Shown: one piece after another, positions 57,939-64,000 of the stretch
Numbering within the stretch: the first letter of the stretch is position 1
Layout of the letters: the number at the start of each line of letters is the position of its first letter
NCBI GenBank assembly: GCA_963782055.1
Contig: CAWAIF010000003.1
Coordinates: forward strand, 1,120,001-1,184,000
DNA length: 64,000 bases
Reading direction: 5' to 3'
From: an uncultured delta proteobacterium
Lineage (GTDB): Bacteria > Myxococcota_A > Polyangia > Polyangiales > Polyangiaceae
Notes under the pieces: model-generated
Databases searched by the model: none
What the model was told of the DNA's origin: nothing
Seen by the model: only the letters and a program-made list of their open reading frames with translations
Made by a program: the position numbers and the translations under genes

Positions 57939-58891
57939 GCGCGCGCGCGACCTCCTGCCTGCTCGCCCTCGCCGTGGCGCTCGCCGCCTCCGGGGCGGCC
58001 GCCGCCCCGCCGACCGCCCAGGCACACGATCTCTTCCAGCGCGGCGTGAAGGACTACAAGGAGGGCGACTTCAACGGGGCGCTCGTCGAGTTCAAGCGAG
58101 CCTACGAGATCGCCCCCAACTACCTCGTGCTCTACAACCTGGGTCAGACGGCGCTGGAGCTGCAGGACTACGCGCAGGGCATCCGCTACTTCCACCAGTA
58201 CCTGAAGGACGGCGGCAAGGACGTCGCGGCCGCGCGCACCGAGCAGGTGCAGCAGGAGATCGACAAGGCGGCGCAGCACGTCGGCACCGTGCGCATCACC
58301 ACCAACGCGGACGGCGCCAACGTGACCGTCGACGACGTCTCGGTGGGCAAGTCGCCGCTCGCCGGGCCGGTGCTCGTCAACGCCGGGCAACGGCGCATCG
58401 CCGCGACCAAGGGCGGCGCCACCGCGGTGAAGGTGCTGGACGTCGCCGGGGGCGACACGCCGACGGTCGATCTGGAGATCGCCGCGCCGACGCCGCCGCC
58501 GGCCACGCCGCGGACGGTGGAGCAGCCGCCGGTGTCCACGCCGCCGCCCTCCGCGCCGGAGGCGCACTCCGGGAGCAAGCTCTGGATCGGCATCACCGTC
58601 ACCGGCGTGCTCGCCGCGGGCGCCGTCGCGACGGGCATCGCGGCCATCGCCGAGAAGAGCGACTACGAAAGCAAGGTGGCGACGTTTGGGTCCACGACGC
58701 AGCAGATCGACGACGCGCGCAGCCGCACGCAGACCTTCGCCGCGGTGGCCGACATCCTGACGGGCGCGGCGGTGGTGTCCGGCGCGGTCACGCTGGTGGT
58801 GGCGATCCTCTCCGGGCGGGGGCATGCGAAGGAGAGCGCGGTGCACGTGGGAATCGGGCCGGGGAGCGTGTCGGTGGGCGGGGTGTTTTAG
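57935..58891 (+). CDS. TPR + PEGA domain protein
   Basis: Signal peptide; 'FQRGVKDYKEGDFNGALVEFKRAYEIAPNYLVLYNLGQ'; 'GANVTVDD'; C-terminal TM hairpin. Confidence 0.88.
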   Translation: MSARATSCLLALAVALAASGAAAAPPTAQAHDLFQRGVKDYKEGDFNGALVEFKRAYEIAPNYLVLYNLGQTALELQDYAQGIRYFHQYLKDGGKDVAAARTEQVQQEIDKAAQHVGTVRITTNADGANVTVDDVSVGKSPLAGPVLVNAGQRRIAATKGGATAVKVLDVAGGDTPTVDLEIAAPTPPPATPRTVEQPPVSTPPPSAPEAHSGSKLWIGITVTGVLAAGAVATGIAAIAEKSDYESKVATFGSTTQQIDDARSRTQTFAAVADILTGAAVVSGAVTLVVAILSGRGHAKESAVHVGIGPGSVSVGGVF

Positions 58892-58900
58892 GGAGGAGAG

Positions 58901-59032
58901 GGAGGGGGGCCCCTCCTCGCGTGTGCTCGGGCCCATGCTCGCTCGCGCGCGCGCCGTCGATGGGTGCAGGGTGCACGGGCTCTGGCGCGCGCGCGAGCTT
59001 GCGCGTGGGCCCTGCGCGCACGCGTCCTCCCC
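58901..59032 (+). repeat. Hairpin repeat, family A copy 3
   Basis: Near-identical to ~34291-34425; diverges afterwards into another CCTCCCC...GGGGAGG hairpin (59026-59070). Confidence 0.9.
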
Positions 59033-59170
59033 CGGCCCATCGCTCGCTGTCGCTCGCTCGGGCGGGGAGGATGTTCGGGGCGCTGGTGACGGGCTGTGGA
59101 CGGTAGAAACGGTGGGAACGGGCCCTCCCCCGCGAATGGCCTCCCCTCTCTGTTCTTCCTTCACCACCAC

Positions 59171-59294
59171 GCGCGGCGGATGCGGCGAAAGGACGCGACG
59201 CGATCGGAGGCGGCGCTGTGGCAGGAGCTCCGGGGGGCGGCGGTGCGGCGGGGTGAAGTTTCGGCGGCAGCACGTGCTGGGCTCAGCTCGATGA
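59171..59294 (+). pseudogene. DUF559 (Vsr-like endonuclease) N-terminal remnant
   Basis: 'ARRMRRKDATRSEAALWQELRG' then, after a frameshift, 'GGVKFRRQHVLG*'. Confidence 0.7.
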
Positions 59295-59614
59295 TGTCCA
59301 CGAACGACTGGATGGACGTTTTTCGCGTAGGTGTACCCGATGGCCACGTCCCAAAGCAGATGCCATGGGACGACCCGACGGGCGGCACTGGCGGCGGAGG
59401 CCCTCGTTCCGCTCAGTACACCGTCTACATGCCAGCACCGGATGACCCAAACGGAGTTGGCGGTGGGTTTGGACCACGCGCCAACCCTGCTTGGTCGGAC
59501 ATCTACGCGTTCCCCAACCCGGAGGGCACCGGTGGCGGCAACCCGCACTCCCGGCAATACCGTCCCAGCCCGGAGGATCCGACCGGCCCTGGCCCAAGGG
59601 GGCCCTCTGCCTGA
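59291..59614 (+). CDS. Small Gly/Pro-rich protein with four repeated P-x-x-(D/E)-(D)-P-G motifs
   Basis: MPWDDPTGGTGGGGPRS / MPAPDDPNGVGGGFGPRA / FPNPEGTGGGNPHS / RPSPEDPTGPGPRG; may be the 3' remnant of a longer gene. Confidence 0.55.
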   Translation: MMSTNDWMDVFRVGVPDGHVPKQMPWDDPTGGTGGGGPRSAQYTVYMPAPDDPNGVGGGFGPRANPAWSDIYAFPNPEGTGGGNPHSRQYRPSPEDPTGPGPRGPSA

Positions 59615-59638
59615 CGAGCAGAGCTCCAAGGGGCAGAC

Positions 59639-59890
59639 ATGGTATCATCACGGATTGACATCCTTCTCGTGCTTGCGGCCGTGGCCGTGTCGCTCGGATG
59701 GCTCGTCGCGGCCGCTGTCCTGCGGCGTCGTCGCGTCAGCGCGGAGGGAAGGCGTCGCGCGCAGCTGCCGGAGGCTGATGACCCTACCAGGCTCTACATT
59801 CAGGACGCCCCAGAGGTGCCCACAGAGTGGTTCTCGTCGCTGTTCACCCCGAGTAGTAAGGTACCAGCATGGGAGCTATCGAGCGAGTAG
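59639..59890 (+). CDS. Small single-TM hypothetical protein
   Basis: 83-aa ORF, N-terminal hydrophobic segment followed by RRRR. Confidence 0.4.
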   Translation: MVSSRIDILLVLAAVAVSLGWLVAAAVLRRRRVSAEGRRRAQLPEADDPTRLYIQDAPEVPTEWFSSLFTPSSKVPAWELSSE

Positions 59891-59994
59891 CTGTTCCCCT
59901 TGGCCCTCGTGCAGCGACGTAACCCATCAGTGAGCCACGTGGTCGAGGTGCCCTGCGTGCCAAGGAGCTGGAGCGCCGGGCGTGAGCCCGCGCG

Positions 59995-61455
59995 CTACTG
60001 CGCGGCGACGTTCAGGACCCAGCCGTGCGGCTCCCAGACCACGTCGTCGGGATCGAACGGCGCCGACCAGTTGCCCACGTTGACGCCCACGAGCAGCACG
60101 CTCGCGGTCTGGTCCAGCTCGGTCAGGGTGATCGCCCCGCTCGTCGCCTTCTGCGCGACGTTGATGGGCACGCGCGCCAGCTCGTGGCCCTGCGCGTCCA
60201 GCTTCACCGCGACCCAGCGCATCCGGGCGAGCTGCTCCCAGCGCACCTCCACGCGCAGGCGCATGCCCGTCGGCGCGCCGGCGTGGCTCACCCGCACGTA
60301 CGACGCGCCCGTCGGCGCGACGGGGGCCGGCGAGGCCAGGCCGCGCGCGGTGAGCGGCCAGCCGATGTCCCAGTCCAGCCGCACGCGCGCGGCGTCGCCC
60401 AGGGCGCGCGACTCCGGGAAGTGGGCGTCGTCCGCGGTGGAGCCCATGAAGGCGCGCGCCACCGCGAAGTCGATCAGGAGATCGTCGATGGTCGATCCCT
60501 CCGAGAGGGTGCCCTTCATGCTGGTGCGCAGGACGTCGAAGGCGTCCGGCTCGTTGACCCAGCGCTCCGCGCCGACGGGCGTCTTCGTCGCCGCGAGGGC
60601 GTAGAGGGCGAGCACCGTCGATCCTGGCGACTGCGCGAAGGTGTCGTCCAGCCACCAGAAGAAGAGGCCCGCGCCGTGATCGTAGCGCCGGCCGGCGGCG
60701 ACCCACCCGGGATCGGCGGGCGAGGCGGGGCCCCTTGCCGGCGCGTAGGTCCACGCGGGCGGCCACGCCCACGGATCCACCACCACGTGGTCGGGGTTCT
60801 GCTGGAAGACCTCGGCGCCGTCGGGGATGCCCTGCGCGCACGGCACCGCGAGGTGGGCGAGGGCTGCCGCCTCGCCCAGCGCGGTGCCCTCCTCCGCCGC
60901 CGGCACCGCGCGGTAGCCGATGGCGCGGAACAGCTCCCGCGCGACGACGTAGTCCAGCGTGCAGCCCGGCCGCAGGCGGGAGTCAATCGTCGTCACCGCG
61001 CTGGCGCGGTCGAACGCGGCGGAGAAGCCCCGGTGGGCGAGGGCGGTGGTGCCCAGCCCGCCATCCGCCGGCTCGCCCAGCACGATGTCCCACACCCCGG
61101 TCTGCACGTCGGCCTCCGGGGGGGGCATCTGCATGGGCCCGGTGGCGAGGTCCCACGCATGCTCTGCGCTGGCCAGCGTCTCCATGACCGGCGCGCCCGC
61201 GTGTGCGGCGTGCACGCACACCGCGTGGCGGAAGGAGCAGGCCGAGAAGGGCAGCCGCCCGAGTGGGGCGGCCTGCGAGAGGTCCGGGCCCGGGGTCGCG
61301 GCGACGGGGGCAGCGGCGCGGGGCGCTCCGGCCTCCGCGGCTTCCCCGCCTTCCGTGGCGCCCGCGGCCTCTCCGCCCGGACCGGCGCCGGTGACCGCCG
61401 CGGCGGCCACGACCGCCACAAGGAGGGCCTTCGCGGTTTGACGCCGATTTGACAC
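59995..61455 (-). CDS. Exported hypothetical protein, MXAN_6640-like metalloprotease fold with altered zinc motif
   Basis: Signal-like N-terminus; 'VCVHA', 'MPPPEAD', 'VARELFRAI' where HExxH would be expected; start uncertain. Confidence 0.6.
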   Translation of the reverse strand: MSNRRQTAKALLVAVVAAAAVTGAGPGGEAAGATEGGEAAEAGAPRAAAPVAATPGPDLSQAAPLGRLPFSACSFRHAVCVHAAHAGAPVMETLASAEHAWDLATGPMQMPPPEADVQTGVWDIVLGEPADGGLGTTALAHRGFSAAFDRASAVTTIDSRLRPGCTLDYVVARELFRAIGYRAVPAAEEGTALGEAAALAHLAVPCAQGIPDGAEVFQQNPDHVVVDPWAWPPAWTYAPARGPASPADPGWVAAGRRYDHGAGLFFWWLDDTFAQSPGSTVLALYALAATKTPVGAERWVNEPDAFDVLRTSMKGTLSEGSTIDDLLIDFAVARAFMGSTADDAHFPESRALGDAARVRLDWDIGWPLTARGLASPAPVAPTGASYVRVSHAGAPTGMRLRVEVRWEQLARMRWVAVKLDAQGHELARVPINVAQKATSGAITLTELDQTASVLLVGVNVGNWSAPFDPDDVVWEPHGWVLNVAAQ

Positions 61456-61497
61456 GCTCTTTCGCACCCCTCTATAACCGTGTTCGCCGGAGAAAGC

Positions 61498-62052
61498 ATG
61501 GCCGAAACCGTCGATTTGTCCCACGCCGTTCGCTTCGATCTGTCGTCAGGCAGCATCCAGCTGGAGGGCGGGGCGCAGGCGGTCGTGCTCCCCGCCGACG
61601 CCCTCGGCGAGCTGGTGAGCGGCGTCCCCGCCGATGCGCGCGTGCGCGTGGGCCGCGCCGTCGGCCAGACGATGGGCAAGGCCGCCGCCGCGCGCGCGGG
61701 CGGCGCGAGCGGCGTGCTCGCCGCCAGCCTGGAGTCGGTCGCCTCGCAGCTCGGCGCCGAGCTGGCGGTGCGCGGCATGGGCACCCTCGCCATCGAGCGC
61801 TGGGGCCGCGCCCTCGTCCTGCACGTGACGTCGGCGCCCATCACCTCCGCGGACTTCTACGTCGGCCTGCTGGAGGGCGCGATGGACGCGATGACCGGCC
61901 GCACCGTCGGCGCGGCGCTCCTCAGCGACGCGGGCGGCGTGCGCGTGCTCGTCGCGAGCGCCGGCGGCGCCCTGCGCGTGCGCGGGTGGATCGAGCAGGG
62001 CGTGAGCTGGAGCGACGCGCTGGTGCGCTTGCAAGCGGGGAGCGGGGCATGA
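61498..62052 (+). CDS. Hypothetical protein (V4R-like)
   Basis: 'VRFDLSSGSI', 'VVLPADAL', 'GMGTLAIERWG'. Confidence 0.65.
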   Translation: MAETVDLSHAVRFDLSSGSIQLEGGAQAVVLPADALGELVSGVPADARVRVGRAVGQTMGKAAAARAGGASGVLAASLESVASQLGAELAVRGMGTLAIERWGRALVLHVTSAPITSADFYVGLLEGAMDAMTGRTVGAALLSDAGGVRVLVASAGGALRVRGWIEQGVSWSDALVRLQAGSGA

Positions 62053-62900
62053 GCCAGGAGCAGATCGCCAAGCTGGAGAGCTTGCTGGAGCGCATCGTTC
62101 GCAACGCGGCGCTGCCGCGCATGCCTCACGTGGAGGCCGCCGCCGCGGGCGAGGAGGCGACCGAGGCGCCCATCCCGACGGTGCCGCCTTCCGCCGACGC
62201 GCAGGTGGCGCTGGAGCAGGAGCGCGAGCCGGAGGCGCCCGCCGCCATCGTTGCCGAGGAGAGCCGCTCGCGTCTGGTGGCCGCCGAGCCGGCCGAGCCG
62301 GAGGAGCTGGGCGAAGAGGTGCTGGAGCTGGACGATCGTCACATCGTCCACGAGGAAGAGGGCGAGGCCCCCGCCGTCGAGGTGGTGATGGAGGAGGCGG
62401 AGGTCGAGGTGGCGGAGCCGCCGCCCTCGTCGCGCCGCGCCATCGCCGAGCCGATGGAGGCCGCGGGCCCGGAGATTGAGATCCCGCCCGCGCCGATGAC
62501 GCCGCCGCCCGAGTCGGGCAAGCAGGTCGCCGCCCAGTCCGACTTCGAGGACTTCACCGGCGTCCGCGAGGCCAAGAAGCAGGAGGCGCCCCCCGAGGAG
62601 GAGCCGATCCCCCTCGCGTCGATGCGCACCGCCGAGGCGAAGCCCGCCCAGGAGATGGAAGCGGAGCTGCCGCCGGCGAAGGCGCCGGGCGAGTACAGCG
62701 CCGACCTCGCGCCGCCGACGCCCATGCGCACCGGCACCGCGCCGTCGATGACGGCGGTCACGGCGCCCGCCCCGGTCAAGCCGGAGATCACGCAGGCCGC
62801 CGCCCCCACGGCCACATCGGTCGCGAAGATGGAGGGCGCCGTCACCGCCTTCGCGCCGAAGAACTTCGGCGAGCTGCTCGACGCCACGCTGGCGCTGTAG
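62049..62900 (+). CDS. Acidic, Pro/Glu-rich largely disordered protein
   Basis: 4-bp overlap with the upstream gene; ordered termini 'KLESLLERIVRN' and 'FGELLDATLAL'. Confidence 0.7.
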   Translation: MSQEQIAKLESLLERIVRNAALPRMPHVEAAAAGEEATEAPIPTVPPSADAQVALEQEREPEAPAAIVAEESRSRLVAAEPAEPEELGEEVLELDDRHIVHEEEGEAPAVEVVMEEAEVEVAEPPPSSRRAIAEPMEAAGPEIEIPPAPMTPPPESGKQVAAQSDFEDFTGVREAKKQEAPPEEEPIPLASMRTAEAKPAQEMEAELPPAKAPGEYSADLAPPTPMRTGTAPSMTAVTAPAPVKPEITQAAAPTATSVAKMEGAVTAFAPKNFGELLDATLAL

Positions 62901-62901
62901 T

Positions 62902-63804
62902 TCAGACCAGCCACTCCACCTTCGCGGAGCGGAGCCACGTGGTCTGCCGGCGGGCGAAGACGCGCGTCGCGCGGACGATGGTGTCGCGCAGCTCGGCGCG
63001 CGGCAGGTCCCCGCGCACGCAGGCGGCGACCTCCTTGTAGCCCACCGATCCCATCGCCCTCGCGTCTCTCAGGCCGTCGTCCAGCAGCGCGCGCACCTCC
63101 TGCTCCCATCCGGCGGCGAGGAAGGCGTCGACGCGCGCGGCGATGCGCGCCGTCAGCTCCGCCGGCTCCCGTCGCGGGGCGAAGAGCAGCGCCTCGTGGC
63201 GCGCCCGCGCGAAGCCGTGCGCCGCGTGCAGGTCGCTCAATCGTTGACCCGTCAACTGAACCACCTCCAGCGCGCGGCTCACCCGCACCACGTCGTTGGG
63301 GTGCAGCCGCGCCGCCGACGCAGGGTCGACCTTCGCCAGCTCGGCGTGGAGCGCGGCACGCCCTTCCTTCTCCACCCGCGCGCGGTGCGCCTCCCGCAGC
63401 GGCTCGCTGGCCGGCGGCGCCGCGACGAGCCCCTGCACCAGCGCCTTCACCCAGAGGAAGGTGCCGCCGCACACGACGGGCACGCGCCCGCGCGCGCGGA
63501 TGTCCTCCAGCGCGCGGTCGGCGCGCGCCGCCCACCGCGCCGCGTCGATCGCGTCGCGCGGGTCCAGGATGGAGATCAGGTGGTGCGGCGCGCGCGCGAG
63601 CTCCTCCGCCGTGGGCTTGCCCGATCCCACGTCGAACCGGCGGTAGACCTGCACGCTGTCGGCGCTGACGATCTCGCCGCCCAGCCGCTCCGCCACGCGC
63701 ACCGCCAGCTCGGTCTTGCCGGAGGCCGTCGGCCCGACGACGCACACCAGCGCAGCGGGCGCCGCGGCGCTCGCCTCGAGCACGCGCTCCGCGGCGCGGT
63801 CCAT
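62902..63804 (-). CDS. miaA: tRNA dimethylallyltransferase
   Basis: 'GPTASGKT', 'SADSVQVY', 'PHHLI', 'GGTFLW', 'VGYKE', 'FARRQTTW'. Confidence 0.96.
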   Translation of the reverse strand: MDRAAERVLEASAAAPAALVCVVGPTASGKTELAVRVAERLGGEIVSADSVQVYRRFDVGSGKPTAEELARAPHHLISILDPRDAIDAARWAARADRALEDIRARGRVPVVCGGTFLWVKALVQGLVAAPPASEPLREAHRARVEKEGRAALHAELAKVDPASAARLHPNDVVRVSRALEVVQLTGQRLSDLHAAHGFARARHEALLFAPRREPAELTARIAARVDAFLAAGWEQEVRALLDDGLRDARAMGSVGYKEVAACVRGDLPRAELRDTIVRATRVFARRQTTWLRSAKVEWLV

Positions 63805-63815
63805 CGCGCCGGGGG

Positions 63816-64000
63816 TCACGCCGTGCCGGCGCCGCCCTGCTGGCCCTTCGCCTTGATGGCCGTCTGGGCGGCGGCGAGGCGCGCGACGATCACGCGGAAG
63901 GGCGAGCAGCTCACGTACTGCAGGCCGGCGGCCTGGAAGAAGGCGATGCTCGGAGGGTCGCCGCCGTGCTCGCCGCACACGCCCACCTTGATGCTGGGGC
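63816..64000 (-). CDS. ppdK: Pyruvate phosphate dikinase, C-terminal end (5' part outside window)
   Basis: Manual translation: '[43 protein letters not shown]'. Confidence 0.92.
   Translation of the reverse strand, partial: PSIKVGVCGEHGGDPPSIAFFQAAGLQYVSCSPFRVIVARLAAAQTAIKAKGQQGGAGTA

Noticed and set aside
1..64000. tRNA, rRNA, integrase or IS transposase genes
   Set aside because: None recognised by eye; a tRNAscan/Rfam/ISfinder run would be needed to exclude them

Overview
Very GC-rich bacterial DNA whose gene content (eukaryote-like Ser/Thr kinases, PEGA/TPR proteins, many Cys-rich 'DAG'-linker lipoproteins, ECF sigma module) points to a myxobacterium (Myxococcota, probably Polyangiales; inferred, not searched). 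Housekeeping genes (thrA, thrC, trpE, DEAD helicase, uppS, cdsA, gdhA, miaA, ppdK end, futalosine-type menaquinone genes) alternate with accessory patches. The most striking feature is an intron-less, RBS-preceded gene at 30812-32023 (-) encoding a eukaryote-type actin homologue (not MreB/FtsA/ParM). It has an N-terminal Sec signal peptide, degenerate ATP-binding loops and a shortened D-loop, but a well conserved barbed-end/ligand-binding face, and it sits between a SMI1/KNR4-like gene and a possibly translationally coupled Cys-rich lipoprotein. Nearby is a retron remnant: an msr/msd-like structured RNA followed by an RT that is cut off by a ~160-bp hairpin repeat. Two families of extragenic palindromic repeats always start just after stop codons in the sense orientation, and one copy lies beside a DUF559 remnant. 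Other points of interest are a diiron ferritin-like/CrtI-like gene pair, a Kal-Kce fusion and a small protein with four repeated P-x-x-D/E-D-P-G motifs. No rRNA, tRNA or CRISPR array was recognised. All assignments come from reading motifs by eye; no database searches were run.
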